Below are positions 1 to 10,326 of a stretch of 64,000 nucleotides of DNA, one piece after another. Origin of the DNA: Deltaproteobacteria bacterium (lineage in GTDB: Bacteria > Myxococcota_A > Polyangia > DRWM01 > JAAZOP01); assembly GCA_016218765.1 (NCBI GenBank), contig JACRCZ010000144.1, forward strand, positions 43,269-107,268, written 5' to 3'. The notes beneath the pieces were generated by a model. The model was given only the letters and a program-made list of their open reading frames with translations, was not told the DNA's origin and made no database searches. Position 1 is the first letter of the stretch, and each line of letters begins with the position of its first letter. A program made the position numbers and the translations under genes.

Positions 1-948
1 CGCCGCCTCCTCGGGTGGGAACACCTGCCGGCGACGAACGACGAGCACGCGAACCTCGATCTCGGCCCGGACAGCGAGCTGGAACGCGCCCAGGGGAATC
101 GCTCCTACCGGAGTCTGCAGTACGACGCGCAGGAAACCGCGCGCTACCACGCGCCGGGCTCCCACGTCTACGCCCTCAGCCGGCGGATTGCCGCCGCCGA
201 CGCCGTGGTCAGCATCCCGAAGCTCAAGACGCACGAGAAGGTCGGACACACCGGCGCCCTCAAAGGCTGCGTCGGCGCCACCACCCTGAAACAGTGCCTC
301 GCCCACCACCGCAAAGGATCACCCCAGGACGGCGGCGACGAGTACGCCGACGGCTCCGTTCCCGCCCGACTGCTCTCGGAACTCAACGACTACTCGTGGC
401 AACGACGCGATTCCCTGCTCCTGAACGCGGCCCGGACCGCCGAACGCGTCCTCGCCAAGCTCGTCCGCGAGTCGGGCCGCACCGCGTACGGCTCGTGGTC
501 ACGCAACGACACGTGCTGGCGAATGGCACTGGATATCGCGCGCTGCGTCGCACACGCCCGGCCGGACGGCAACCTGGACGACGCGTTCCGTCGCCCGCAC
601 CTCGTCGTGACCGACGGCGTGATCGGCGGCGAAGGAAAAGGACCGCTGCGACCGTCTCCCGTCGCGACCGGGTTCCTGTCGTTCGCCCGGGATCCGTACG
701 CCGCGGACCTCGTCGCCTGCCGCGTGATGGGCTTCGACCCCGAACGCCTCCCGCTGCTGCGAGAGGCCACTCGGAGCCGAAGGTTCGCCGTGACGACCCT
801 GGCGCCCGGCCAGGTCGAGGCGCTCGTCGACGGGCGGCCGGTGCGGCTGACGGAGCTGGGCACGGAATTCGGCCGGCCCTACCGGCCGGCGCGAGGCTGG
901 GAGGAAATTCGCGCAACGCAGAGAGGAGGACCGGAATGCGAGTGCTGA
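1..948 (+). CDS. DUF362-domain protein, 5' end outside window
   Basis: Frame 1 is open from nt 1 to TGA 946-948. The translation (..AVVSIPKLKTHEKVGHTGALKGCVG..VVTDGVIGGEGKGPL..) fits the DUF362 family as I recall it. Amino-acid composition is normal, unlike the overlapping Arg/Pro shadow frames. Confidence 0.7.
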   Translation, partial: RRLLGWEHLPATNDEHANLDLGPDSELERAQGNRSYRSLQYDAQETARYHAPGSHVYALSRRIAAADAVVSIPKLKTHEKVGHTGALKGCVGATTLKQCLAHHRKGSPQDGGDEYADGSVPARLLSELNDYSWQRRDSLLLNAARTAERVLAKLVRESGRTAYGSWSRNDTCWRMALDIARCVAHARPDGNLDDAFRRPHLVVTDGVIGGEGKGPLRPSPVATGFLSFARDPYAADLVACRVMGFDPERLPLLREATRSRRFAVTTLAPGQVEALVDGRPVRLTELGTEFGRPYRPARGWEEIRATQRGGPECEC

Positions 949-2120
949 TCGCCGGCGTCGATGGCTACCTCGGTTGGCCCCTCGCACTCCACCTGCGGGC
1001 CCGGGGACACGAGGTCGCCGGCATCGACGCGTACTTCCGGCGCGACTGGGTCGCCGAAATGGGCTCGCAGTCGGCTTCCCCGATCCGTCGCATGAGCGAG
1101 AGAATGGCCGCCTTCGGCGAACACTTCGGGACCAGCCTCGTCTTCCGGCGCGGCGACCTGCGGGACTACGGCGTCGTGAAGAACATGGTGCGCGCCTTCC
1201 GCCCGGACGCCATCGTCCACCTGGGAGAAATGCCCTCCGCACCGTACAGCATGGTCGACGTCGACCACTGCGTGTACACGCAGACCAACAACATCGTCGG
1301 AACCCTCAATATCCTGTTCGCCATGCGCGACGAGTGCCCCGAAGCGCACCTCGTCAAACTCGGCACCATGGGCGAGTACGGCACCCCGAACGTCGACATC
1401 CCCGAAGGATCCTTCGACATCGAATACAGAGGCCGCAAGGACCGGCTGCCCTTCCCCCGACAGGCGGGAAGCTGGTACCACCAGACCAAGGTCCACGACA
1501 CCAACAACGTCACCATGGCCTGCCGCATCTGGGGCCTGCGCTCGACCGACATCATGCAGGGCGTCGTCTACGGCACTCGCATCGATGAAATGGCGGACGA
1601 CGAGCGCCTGGTCACCCGCTTCGACTTCGACCAGAGCTTCGGCACCGCCATCAATCGCTTCTGCGCGCAGGCCGTGGTCGGCCTGCCGCTCACCCCCTAC
1701 GGAAAGGGACACCAGCGACGCGGCTTCCTCCCGCTCCGCGACTCCATGCAATGCCTGACCCTCGCGCTCGAGAACCCGCCGCCCCCCGGGGAGTACCGCG
1801 TGTTCAACCAGTTCGAGGACGTCTACGACATCACCGAGCTCGCACTGGCCGTGCAGCGCGCCGCGCGAAACCTGGGCCTGGAAGTCGAAGTGCGGAACAT
1901 GGTGAATCCGCGCCTGGAGGCCGAGGAACACTACTACAATCCGGATCACCGGCGCCTGCTGGACCTCGGCTATCGGCCCAGCGGCGACATGGCCGCGGAG
2001 CTGCGCACCATGCTCGCCGACCTCTTGCGCTGGCGCGGGCGAATCCAGTCCCACGTCCATGCGCTGGCCCCGGACATCCGCTGGAGCGGGTCCCGCGAGA
2101 AGTGCGGCTACCTGCCTTGA
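936..2120 (+). CDS. sqdB: UDP-sulfoquinovose synthase-like NAD-dependent sugar epimerase/dehydratase (SQD1/SqdB family)
   Basis: ATG 936 lies inside the 15..2120 ORF and overlaps the upstream stop. Family-typical motifs are the N-terminal MRVLIAGVDGYLGWPLALHL, then TMGEYGTPNVDIPEG and SWYHQTKVHD. Length 394 aa. Confidence 0.8.
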   Translation: MRVLIAGVDGYLGWPLALHLRARGHEVAGIDAYFRRDWVAEMGSQSASPIRRMSERMAAFGEHFGTSLVFRRGDLRDYGVVKNMVRAFRPDAIVHLGEMPSAPYSMVDVDHCVYTQTNNIVGTLNILFAMRDECPEAHLVKLGTMGEYGTPNVDIPEGSFDIEYRGRKDRLPFPRQAGSWYHQTKVHDTNNVTMACRIWGLRSTDIMQGVVYGTRIDEMADDERLVTRFDFDQSFGTAINRFCAQAVVGLPLTPYGKGHQRRGFLPLRDSMQCLTLALENPPPPGEYRVFNQFEDVYDITELALAVQRAARNLGLEVEVRNMVNPRLEAEEHYYNPDHRRLLDLGYRPSGDMAAELRTMLADLLRWRGRIQSHVHALAPDIRWSGSREKCGYLP

Positions 2121-2157
2121 CCAGACCCCGACCGGCAACGCCCAGGAGCCGACAACC

Positions 2158-3159
2158 GTGAGGTGGCTCATCACCGGCGGCTGCGGGTTCATCGGCACCA
2201 ACCTGATCGCCGCCCTGCGCCGCGAACAGCCGGATTCCGCCATCCGCGTGCTCGACGATCTCTCGGAATCCGAACGCGGCGAGCTCGCGAGCCTCGGTCC
2301 GTTCGAGGAGGTCGCCGCGGGCGCGCCCCAGCCCCCTCCGGGCGCCGTCCAGCTCGTCGTCGGCGACGTCCGCGAACGGAACGTCGTGTCCCGCGCCGCC
2401 CAGGGCTCCGACGTGTTCGTCCATCTGGCGGCCAGGACCGGCGTCCAGCCGTCACTCGAGGACCCGCGCGGCGACTGCGCGACGAACGTGCTGGGGACCC
2501 TGGAATGCCTCGAGGCCGCACGGTCCGCGGGCTGCCGCTCGTTCGTGTTCGCGTCCTCCGGCGCGCCCCTCGGCGATCAGGTACCGCCCCTCGACGAGAC
2601 CAGGCTGCCGCACCCGCTCTCGCCGTACGGCGCATCGAAGCTCGCCGGCGAGGCGTACTGCCAGGCCTACGCGGCGTCGTTCGGCCTGATGACCGCCGTG
2701 TTGCGCTTCAGCAACGTGTACGGACCGCGCTGCGGCCGCAAGGGCAGCGTCGTGGCGCGGTTCGTCCGCCGGGCGCTCGCCGGACAACCGCTCGAAATCA
2801 ACGGCGACGGCACGCAGTCGCGCGACTTCATCTACGTCGACGACGTGGCTCGCGCCATCGTCGCCGCCGCACGCCCGGACCGCGCCGGCGAAGTCTTCCA
2901 GATCGGGAGCGCGCGGGAGACGACCGTCGCCGCACTGGCCCGGACGCTCGCAACGGTGCTCTCCGAGCACGCCGGCGTGGCGGTGTCCGTGCACCACGGG
3001 CCGCCGCTGCGCGGCGAGGTCCGGCGCAGCGTCGCGGACACCGCCAAGGCACGGCGCATCCTGGGATGGCGCCCGGAAATCGAATTGCAGGACGGGCTCC
3101 GGCGGACCGTGGACTGGTTCGCCGGCCGCCAGGGGGAGGAAGAGGGACGCCCCGGATGA
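2158..3159 (+). CDS. NAD-dependent epimerase/dehydratase (GalE-like SDR)
   Basis: GTG 2158 is preceded by AGGAG. Rossmann motif WLITGGCGFIGTNL and catalytic YGASK are present. The upstream ATG 2059 would overlap the previous gene by 62 nt. Confidence 0.85.
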   Translation: MRWLITGGCGFIGTNLIAALRREQPDSAIRVLDDLSESERGELASLGPFEEVAAGAPQPPPGAVQLVVGDVRERNVVSRAAQGSDVFVHLAARTGVQPSLEDPRGDCATNVLGTLECLEAARSAGCRSFVFASSGAPLGDQVPPLDETRLPHPLSPYGASKLAGEAYCQAYAASFGLMTAVLRFSNVYGPRCGRKGSVVARFVRRALAGQPLEINGDGTQSRDFIYVDDVARAIVAAARPDRAGEVFQIGSARETTVAALARTLATVLSEHAGVAVSVHHGPPLRGEVRRSVADTAKARRILGWRPEIELQDGLRRTVDWFAGRQGEEEGRPG

Positions 3160-4355
3160 TTCGAGTGGCGAACGTGCAGGCGCTCGGCTACTTCGGCGGA
3201 CCGCAGCACCGCGCCGTACAGGTGGCGGAACGGCTGTTCGAACACGACATCCACACGACCGTGATCCTGCCGCGGGAAGGATCCGATGAGACCGTCGAAC
3301 GCCTCGTCGCGGCCGGCGTCCCCGTGCTGCGCCTCCCCATGCACCGGCTGACCCGGCAGAAGAGCCATCTGGCGGGCTTCGCCCTGATGTTCGGGCCGGA
3401 GCTGGCCCTGCTCGTGGCCGCCCTGCTGCGCGAGCGCGCCGACATCGTCCACTGCAACGGCGCCTGGCAGGTGAAGTCCGTCCTGGCCGGACGGCTGGCC
3501 GGCAAACGCGTGGCCCTCCACGTCAACGACACGTTCACCACGCCCGCCATGAGCCTCCTCTACCGCATGGTGGCCCCGCTGTGCGACGGCTACATCTTCT
3601 CGGGCGAACGCGCCAAGGCCGCACATCCGGCCGCCGCGGGCCGGGCGGACGCCGTGATCGAAACCATCCCGGCACCCGTGGACACCGCGCGGTTCGATCC
3701 CTCCATCACCGAACCGGATGCCGGACTGGCCGCCGCGCCGGGACAACACGTGATCACCGTCGGCATGGTGAACCCGGCCAAGGGGTTGGAACACTTCGTC
3801 GCCCTCGCCGCCGCAATCCGGCGCGTCCGCTCGGACGCCACCTTCCACGTGATCGGCGGACAGCTCGACAGCCAACGACAGTACTTCGCCGACGTGAAAC
3901 GCCAGGCCGGCGACCTGCTCTCCGGGGCGCTGACCTTCCGCGGACCCTCGACCGACATGCCGGCCGTCTACCGCGCCGCCGACATCTACGTCTGCTCTTC
4001 GGTCGCCGAGGCCTCGCCCATGGCGGTCTGGGAGGCCATGAGCATGGCGCTGCCGATCGTCTCCACCGACGTGGGCGACGTGGCGCGCTACGTCGAGGAA
4101 GGTCGCAGCGGGTTCATCGTCCCCGTCGGCGACGTGAGCGCCCTGGCCGACCGCGTCACACGGCTGCTGGACGATCCCGAACGCCGCCGCGCGATGGGCG
4201 AGCACGCGCGACGCACGGCCGTGGAGCGGCTGGACCTGTCGCGGTGCGTGGCGCTGCACCGCTCCTTCTACCACGCGTTGCTGGAGAGCCGGCGCCCGGT
4301 CGGTGGGCGCACGGCGGGACGGAATCGAGCCGCGGACGCCGTCCGGCCGGCGTGA
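3156..4355 (+). CDS. Glycosyltransferase family 4
   Basis: ATGA start/stop overlap with the upstream gene. C-terminal GT4 signature: ..VYRAADIYVCSSVAEASPMAVWEAMSMALPIVSTDVGD..EEGRSGFIVP. Confidence 0.85.
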   Translation: MIRVANVQALGYFGGPQHRAVQVAERLFEHDIHTTVILPREGSDETVERLVAAGVPVLRLPMHRLTRQKSHLAGFALMFGPELALLVAALLRERADIVHCNGAWQVKSVLAGRLAGKRVALHVNDTFTTPAMSLLYRMVAPLCDGYIFSGERAKAAHPAAAGRADAVIETIPAPVDTARFDPSITEPDAGLAAAPGQHVITVGMVNPAKGLEHFVALAAAIRRVRSDATFHVIGGQLDSQRQYFADVKRQAGDLLSGALTFRGPSTDMPAVYRAADIYVCSSVAEASPMAVWEAMSMALPIVSTDVGDVARYVEEGRSGFIVPVGDVSALADRVTRLLDDPERRRAMGEHARRTAVERLDLSRCVALHRSFYHALLESRRPVGGRTAGRNRAADAVRPA

Positions 4356-4384
4356 CCCGGGCCGGGACGGCGGCGGAGCCGTGG

Positions 4385-5587
4385 ATGCGGGTGGCCTTGC
4401 TCGTGGATTGCTACTTCCCCACGACGAAGTCGGCGGCGAAGCTCATGCACGACCTGGGCGCCGAGCTCCGGACCCGGGGTCACGACGTGAGCCTCATTGC
4501 GCCCGCCGAAGGCCTCGACGGCGACCTCCACGTCGCCGACGAGGACGGGCTGCGCATCGTGCGGATCCGGTCGGGCCGCCTGAAGGGCGCCGCACGCTGG
4601 GCACGCGGGCTGCGCGAAGTCCGCCTGTCGGCAACCATGTGGCGCCGCGGACGACGGCACTTCGCGGCCCACCCCTGCGACCTCCTCGTCTACTACTCGC
4701 CCACCGTCTTCTTCGGCGCCCTCGTGCGGAAACTGAAGGCGCTGTGGGGCTGCCCGGCGTACCTCGTCCTGCGCGACATCTGGCCGCAGTTCCTGGTGGA
4801 AACGGGCGTCCTCGGACACGGACCGCTGTACTGGCTGTTCCGGCGGCGCGAGCTGGAGCAGCACGAGGCGGCCGACGTGATCGGCGTCCAATCGCCGGGA
4901 GACCTGACGTACTTCGCCGAACACTTCCCGCGGCGGAATTTCCGCGTCGAAGTCCTGCACAACTGGGCGACCCTGCACGAGCCGGAACACCCGCCGGCGG
5001 GGCACCGCCGGCGGCTCGGCCTCGCAGACAAGGTCGTCTTCTTCTTCGGCGGGAATTTCGGCATCGCCCAGGACATGGACAACCTGCTGCGGCTGGCAAC
5101 CGCGCTGCGCGACGTGCCCGAGGCCGCCATGCTCCTCGTCGGCGGCGGCAGCGAGACGCCGCGCGTCGCGGCCGGGATCCGCGAACGGGGATTGACGAAC
5201 GTGGTGCTGCACCCGGCGGTCGACCCCGCCACGTACATGTCCATGGTCTCGGAGTTCGACGTCGGCTTGATCTCCCTCGCCGCCTCGTTCCGCATCCAGA
5301 ACATCCCCGGCAAACTGCTGGGATACCTGTACTTCGCCCTGCCCGTGCTCGCCAGCGTGAATCCGGGCAACGACCTGCGGGCCATCCTGCACGACGCCGA
5401 CGCCGGACTGTGCTGCCTCAACGGCCAGGACGAGGAGTTCGCACGGCTCGCCCGGCGACTCGCCGGGGATCGCGAGCTGCGGGACCGCATGGGACGCAAC
5501 GGACGCAAGCTGCTCGAAACCCGGTTCTCGGCGGCGTCGGCGGCCGACCAGATCCTGGGGCATTGGACGTCGCGGAGGTCCGCATGA
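4385..5587 (+). CDS. Glycosyltransferase family 4, WbuB-like (6-deoxy-HexNAc transferase type)
   Basis: ATG 4385. N-terminus MRVALLVDCYFPTTKSAAKLMHDLGAELRTRGHDV and FFFGGNFGIAQDMDNLL resemble the WbuB subgroup. It sits beside the FnlA/WbvB-like pathway genes. Confidence 0.75.
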   Translation: MRVALLVDCYFPTTKSAAKLMHDLGAELRTRGHDVSLIAPAEGLDGDLHVADEDGLRIVRIRSGRLKGAARWARGLREVRLSATMWRRGRRHFAAHPCDLLVYYSPTVFFGALVRKLKALWGCPAYLVLRDIWPQFLVETGVLGHGPLYWLFRRRELEQHEAADVIGVQSPGDLTYFAEHFPRRNFRVEVLHNWATLHEPEHPPAGHRRRLGLADKVVFFFGGNFGIAQDMDNLLRLATALRDVPEAAMLLVGGGSETPRVAAGIRERGLTNVVLHPAVDPATYMSMVSEFDVGLISLAASFRIQNIPGKLLGYLYFALPVLASVNPGNDLRAILHDADAGLCCLNGQDEEFARLARRLAGDRELRDRMGRNGRKLLETRFSAASAADQILGHWTSRRSA

Positions 5588-6492
5588 AGATCCTGGTGCT
5601 CGGCGGCGAGGGAATGCTCGGCCACAAGATGGTCCAGAAACTCCGCACCGTCCACCCCGGAACCGCCTGCACCATCCGCGGCCGCGTCGCCGACCCGTTC
5701 TACGCGGCCATCGACCTGTTCGCCGCGTCGCGCGTCCTCGAGAACTTCGACGCGATGAACCTCCACGCCGTGCGCAACCTGCTCGCGGCCGAACGGCCGG
5801 AATGGGTGGTCAACTGCATCGGCATCATCAAGCAGCGCTCGGCCGCCGAGCTGCCCGTGCCCTCGATCACCCTCAACGCCCTCCTGCCGCACGTCCTGGC
5901 CGACGAGCTCCGCCCGTGGGGCGGACGGCTGATCCACGTCAGCACCGATTGCGTCTTCAGCGGGCGACGGGGAAACTACACGGAGGACGACGCCCCGGAC
6001 GCCGAGGATCTCTACGGCCGCAGCAAGTTCCTCGGGGAAGCCCGCGAACCCAACGCCCTGACGCTGCGCACGTCGATCATCGGTCGCGAGCTGCGGGACT
6101 TCCGCTCGCTCCTGGAGTGGTTCCTGGCCCAGCGCGGACGCACCATCCGCGGATTCCGGCGCGTCATCTACTCGGGGGTCACCACGAACCACCTCGCGGA
6201 CGTCGTGGCGCGACTCGTCGCCGGCGACACGCGACTGTCCGGTCTGTATCATGTGGCGAGCGCGCCCCTGTCGAAGTATGAATTGCTGTGCCTGGCGCGG
6301 GACGCGTTCCGGATCGACGTCGGGATCGAGCCGGACGACGGTGAGGTCTCGGATCGGAGCCTGGTCGGGGCGCGGTTCGAGCACGACGCGGGCTACCGCT
6401 GCCCGGACTGGAGCGAGCTGCTGCGGGACCTCGCCGCCGACCCGACGCCCTACGGGGAATGGAGGAGCCATGTCGCAAGCGAAACCCCTTGA
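5584..6492 (+). CDS. RmlD-like NAD(P)H sugar reductase (WbvR/FnlB-role candidate)
   Basis: ATGA overlap with the upstream gene. MKILVLGGEGMLGHKM Rossmann motif, STDCVFSG..YGRSKFLGE. Length 302 aa, the RmlD size rather than the ~370 aa CapF/FnlB size. Confidence 0.8.
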   Translation: MKILVLGGEGMLGHKMVQKLRTVHPGTACTIRGRVADPFYAAIDLFAASRVLENFDAMNLHAVRNLLAAERPEWVVNCIGIIKQRSAAELPVPSITLNALLPHVLADELRPWGGRLIHVSTDCVFSGRRGNYTEDDAPDAEDLYGRSKFLGEAREPNALTLRTSIIGRELRDFRSLLEWFLAQRGRTIRGFRRVIYSGVTTNHLADVVARLVAGDTRLSGLYHVASAPLSKYELLCLARDAFRIDVGIEPDDGEVSDRSLVGARFEHDAGYRCPDWSELLRDLAADPTPYGEWRSHVASETP

Positions 6493-7543
6493 CGGAAAAC
6501 GAGTGCTGGTCACCGGCGGCACCGGATCGCTCGGTCAGGTGCTCGTCCGCAGGCTGCTCGGCGGCGAAATGGGCGAGCTGGCTCGACTGCTGGTGCTGTC
6601 CCGCGACGAGGCGAAACAGCACTTCATGCGCGTCGAGTACGAGAACAACGTCGCCGCCACGGACGAGGTGATCTACCGCAACTTCCAGCGCAAGCTGCAG
6701 TTCCGCGTCGGCGACGTGAGGGACCTGGACACCGTCGTGTCCGCCATGCGGGGCATCGACGTCGTGATCAACGCCGCCGCCCTGAAACAGGTCCCCACCT
6801 GCGAGTACTTCCCCTTCGAAGCCGTGCGGACCAACGTCGGCGGAGCCGAGAACATCGTCCGCGCCATCGAAATGCACTGCCTGCCCGTCGCTACCGTCGT
6901 CGGCGTGTCCACCGACAAGGCGTGCAAGCCGGTCAACGCCATGGGCATGACCAAGGCCCTCCAGGAACGCGTCTTCATCCAGGGCAACATGCGCTGCGGC
7001 GGCACCCGCTTCGTCTGCGTGCGCTACGGCAACGTCCTCGCCTCCCGCGGCTCGGTCATTCCCCTGTTCCACGCCCAGATCCGCGCCGGAGGACCCGTCA
7101 CCATCACCACCGTCGACATGACCCGCTTTCTCCTGTCCCTCGACGACGCCGTGGATACCGTGTTCGCCGTCCTGCGCGAAGGCCGGCCCGGCGAAACCTA
7201 CATCCCGCGCGCACCCTCCTGCCGCATGGTCGACGTCGCAACCGCGCTGATCGGGGAACGGCCGATCCGTCAGGTCGTCACCGGCATCCGCCCCGGCGAG
7301 AAGATCCACGAGATCCTCATCAGCGACGAGGAATCGCACAGGACCGTCGACCGCGGCAGCTACTACGCCATCCTGCCCCTGCTGCCGGAAGTCTGCGGAG
7401 ACCACAAGAGCGACGGGTGCCTGCACGGGGAGTACGGCTCGCGCGACGGCGTCCTCGACCTCCCGGGCGTCCGGCGGCTCCTCGAGCAACGCGGCCTGAT
7501 GGTCACTGACGCGCCGGCGCCCGCCGGGGAGCTGCTGCGATGA
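6470..7543 (+). CDS. UDP-GlcNAc 4,6-dehydratase/epimerase (CapE/FnlA/WbvB family, CapD-like)
   Basis: ATG 6470. Motifs VLVTGGTGSLG, AAALKQVPTCEYFPFEAVRTNVGGAENI, STDKACKPVNAMGMTKAL, RYGNVLASRGSVIPLF. Confidence 0.88.
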   Translation: MSQAKPLDGKRVLVTGGTGSLGQVLVRRLLGGEMGELARLLVLSRDEAKQHFMRVEYENNVAATDEVIYRNFQRKLQFRVGDVRDLDTVVSAMRGIDVVINAAALKQVPTCEYFPFEAVRTNVGGAENIVRAIEMHCLPVATVVGVSTDKACKPVNAMGMTKALQERVFIQGNMRCGGTRFVCVRYGNVLASRGSVIPLFHAQIRAGGPVTITTVDMTRFLLSLDDAVDTVFAVLREGRPGETYIPRAPSCRMVDVATALIGERPIRQVVTGIRPGEKIHEILISDEESHRTVDRGSYYAILPLLPEVCGDHKSDGCLHGEYGSRDGVLDLPGVRRLLEQRGLMVTDAPAPAGELLR

Positions 7544-8664
7544 AGGTCATGACGATCCTGGGCACCCGCCCGGAGATCATCCGGCTCAGCGGCGTCATCG
7601 CCCTGCTCGACCGCCACGCCCGCCACGTCCTCGTCCACACCGGCCAGAACTACGACGCCCGCCTCAGCGGCATCTTCTTCCGCGAGCTGGGCGTGCGAAG
7701 GCCGGATCTCGAGCTGGGCGTGCGCTCCGGGACCTTCGCCGCCCAGATCGGGAAAATCCTCGAGGGCACGGAACGGGCGCTCCTCGAGGAACGGCCCGAT
7801 CGATTGCTGATCCTCGGCGATACGAACAGCGGCCTCTCGGCCGTCATCGCCCGACGCCTCGGCGTCCCCGTCTACCACATGGAAGCCGGCAACCGCTGCC
7901 ATGACGACCGCGTCCCCGAGGAGGTCAACCGGCGCGTCATCGATCACTCCAGCTCCGTCCTGCTCCCGTACACGAACCGCAGCAGGGAAAACCTGATCCG
8001 CGAGGGAATTCCGGGAGAACGGGTGCTCGTCACGGGGAATCCCATCAAGGACGTCATCGACCGGTTCGCACCCGCCATCAAGCGCAGCACCGCCCTGCGA
8101 CGGCTCGGCCTGCAGGAAGGACGCTACTTCCTCGTGACGATGCACCGCGCGGAGAACGTCGACGTGCTGCCGCGGCTGCGCTCGCTGCTCGCCGCCCTCC
8201 GGCGCCTGCACAAGATCTACGGCCACCCCGTCGTCTGCTCGCTCCACCCGCGCACCCGCTCCCGGATCCGGGCCTCCGGCCTCCGCACCGACCTGCGCGG
8301 CCTGCTCTTCGTCAGGCCCCTGGGGTTCCGCGACTTCGTGCGACTCGAACGCTCCGCGTTCTGCATCCTCTCGGACAGCGGCACCGTCCAGGAGGAAGCG
8401 TGCATCCTGGGTACGCCCAACGTGACCGTGCGCGACACCACCGAACGACCCGAAACACTGGAATGCGGCAGCAACATCCTGGCCGGCGTCGACCCGGACG
8501 AAATCACCCGCGCGGTCGAGTTCGTGCTCGGCAACCGGCGGAGCTGGACCGTCCCGCCCGAATACCTGGCGTCGGGCGTGGCCGAAACCGTCTGCCGCAT
8601 CCTGCTCGGACATCGCGAGGCGGACGCGGCGGAGCTCGAGTGGCGCTCCGGCGCGCGTCGATAG
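7540..8664 (+). CDS. wecB: UDP-N-acetylglucosamine 2-epimerase, non-hydrolysing (FnlC/WbvD/WecB type)
   Basis: ATGA overlap with the upstream gene. MKVMTILGTRPEIIRL..HTGQNYD..FFRELG..GDTNS..HMEAGNRC signatures. Length 374 aa. Confidence 0.9.
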   Translation: MKVMTILGTRPEIIRLSGVIALLDRHARHVLVHTGQNYDARLSGIFFRELGVRRPDLELGVRSGTFAAQIGKILEGTERALLEERPDRLLILGDTNSGLSAVIARRLGVPVYHMEAGNRCHDDRVPEEVNRRVIDHSSSVLLPYTNRSRENLIREGIPGERVLVTGNPIKDVIDRFAPAIKRSTALRRLGLQEGRYFLVTMHRAENVDVLPRLRSLLAALRRLHKIYGHPVVCSLHPRTRSRIRASGLRTDLRGLLFVRPLGFRDFVRLERSAFCILSDSGTVQEEACILGTPNVTVRDTTERPETLECGSNILAGVDPDEITRAVEFVLGNRRSWTVPPEYLASGVAETVCRILLGHREADAAELEWRSGARR

Positions 8665-8775
8665 GCGCATGACACAACCACCGGCCACCCCGCCGATCGG
8701 CCCCCGCGACGCCTCGGACCGTGACCGCGCGCGTCGACCGGAGGGCATCGCGCGACCGCGACGGAGACCGGCCGC

Positions 8776-10245
8776 ATGAAGACCGCACTGGCCTCGCTGG
8801 TCCTCGGCTTCCTCGTGGCCCTGTGGCTGACGCCCATCGTGCGGCGCATGGCCCTGCGGCTGAACCTGCTCGACCGGCCGGAAGACGCGCGGCGCGTGAA
8901 CCTGACCGCGATCCCGCGCATCGGAGGCCTCGCCATCGCCGCCGCCGTGCTCGCGCCGTTGATCGGCCTCGCCCTCTACAAGAACCAGATCAGCGCGGAA
9001 ATGTACCGCGACGGGCGCAACCTGGTGGCGATGCTCGCCGGAGCGCTCGGGGCCCTCGTCGTCGGGCTGATCGATGACCTGCTGCGACCACCCGCCAAGT
9101 ACCGCCTCCTGGCGCTCGTCGGCATCGCCATCGTGAGCTGGCAGGGCGGCCACCGGCTGGACCACATCGAGGTGCCCTACATCGGGGTCTTCGAGCTGGG
9201 CTACTGGAGCCTGCCGGCGACCGTCCTGTGGATCGTCACCGTGATCGTCGCGTTCAACTTCATCGACGGCCTGGACGGACTGGCCGCAGGCGTCGCGTTC
9301 ATCAGCACCACGACGATGTTCGTGTTCGCGTACCTCGAGCACAACCTCCTGTGGATGACCTGGACCGGCGCCATGTCGGGAGCACTGCTCGGGTTCCTCG
9401 TCTTCAATTCGCACCCGGCGTCGATCTTCATGGGCGACTCGGGGTCCAACTTCCTCGGCTACCTCATGGCCGTCGTCGCCATGCAGTCGGCACGCAAGCA
9501 GAGCGCCGCGGTGGCCATGCTGCTGCCGATGCTCGCCATGGGACTGCCGCTGCTGGACGCGGGATTGACCATGATCCGGCGCGCAATCCTGCGGCAGGGA
9601 CTCTTCGTTTCGGAGAAGGGACACCTGCACCACCGACTGCTGGATCTGGGCCTGACGCAGCGCAGAGCCGTCTTGATCCTCTACGGAGTGTCCGTGCTGC
9701 TCAGCCTCGGCGGGATCGCGTTCCTCGTCCGGCTGCCGATGGTGCACTTCGGGGCGGCGGTCGGAATCACTGTTGCCGTCTTCGGACTGATGTTCGCCGC
9801 GGGCTACCTCCGCCCCCGCGACCTCCTGGAAATGTACCGCCGCGGTCTCCTGAACCGGGAAGCGCAACGCCTCCTGGAAACGACCTGCGACGAGGCCGTC
9901 GCGAGTCACGGCCGGGGCGCGGGAGATGGGGATTCCCTGCGCCGGGCACTGGGGTCGGTCGTCGCCGGCGGAGGCGTCTCGGGAATCTCCTACCGGGCTC
10001 CGGACGGCGCCGAGATCGTCGCCGGCGACTACAACGAGTCGGAGAAGGGACTGCGCGCGACCGTCGAGAACGGCACCGCGGCAAGCGGCGTGATCCGCGT
10101 GTTCTGGAAGGGACGAACCAACGGCGTGTCGCCCCGCGAGCTGGCCGCGCTCCGCAGACTGCGCGACTGCCTGGCCGGGATCCCCAGGCCGGACGACAGC
10201 ACCCCTCCGCCGCCCCGTTCCGCAGAGGAAAGCGAGTCGCAGTGA
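8776..10245 (+). CDS. Polyprenyl-phosphate HexNAc-1-phosphate transferase (MraY/WecA family) with ~140-aa C-terminal extension
   Basis: Multi-TM protein with NFIDGLDGLAAG and FMGDSGSNFLGY motifs. The soluble C-terminal tail has no motif I recognise. Confidence 0.85.
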   Translation: MKTALASLVLGFLVALWLTPIVRRMALRLNLLDRPEDARRVNLTAIPRIGGLAIAAAVLAPLIGLALYKNQISAEMYRDGRNLVAMLAGALGALVVGLIDDLLRPPAKYRLLALVGIAIVSWQGGHRLDHIEVPYIGVFELGYWSLPATVLWIVTVIVAFNFIDGLDGLAAGVAFISTTTMFVFAYLEHNLLWMTWTGAMSGALLGFLVFNSHPASIFMGDSGSNFLGYLMAVVAMQSARKQSAAVAMLLPMLAMGLPLLDAGLTMIRRAILRQGLFVSEKGHLHHRLLDLGLTQRRAVLILYGVSVLLSLGGIAFLVRLPMVHFGAAVGITVAVFGLMFAAGYLRPRDLLEMYRRGLLNREAQRLLETTCDEAVASHGRGAGDGDSLRRALGSVVAGGGVSGISYRAPDGAEIVAGDYNESEKGLRATVENGTAASGVIRVFWKGRTNGVSPRELAALRRLRDCLAGIPRPDDSTPPPPRSAEESESQ

Positions 10246-10326
10246 CCGGCAGCGGTTGCAGACCGCCCGACGCCGGACATCCAGGCCGGGTTCACGCCGG
10301 GCGCCCGGACGTACCCGCCACGCCCC

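Noticed and set aside
15-935. N-terminal 307 codons of the 701-aa ORF 15..2120
   Set aside because: The translation is extremely Arg/Pro-rich and overlaps the DUF362 frame, which has normal composition. The SQD1-like protein starts convincingly at ATG 936 with its Rossmann motif.
7363-9909. 848-aa minus-strand ORF, and similar giant antisense or off-frame ORFs: 879..2243(-), 19726..22317(-), 21216..24140(-), 44843..47977(-), 48073..50745(-), 51265..53910(-), 55665..58400(-), 60460..63096(+), 15620..18562(+)
   Set aside because: These are shadow ORFs typical of ~70% GC DNA. They have Arg/Gly/Pro/Ala-dominated, motif-less translations. Each is fully overlapped by a gene on the other strand or frame with clear family signatures.
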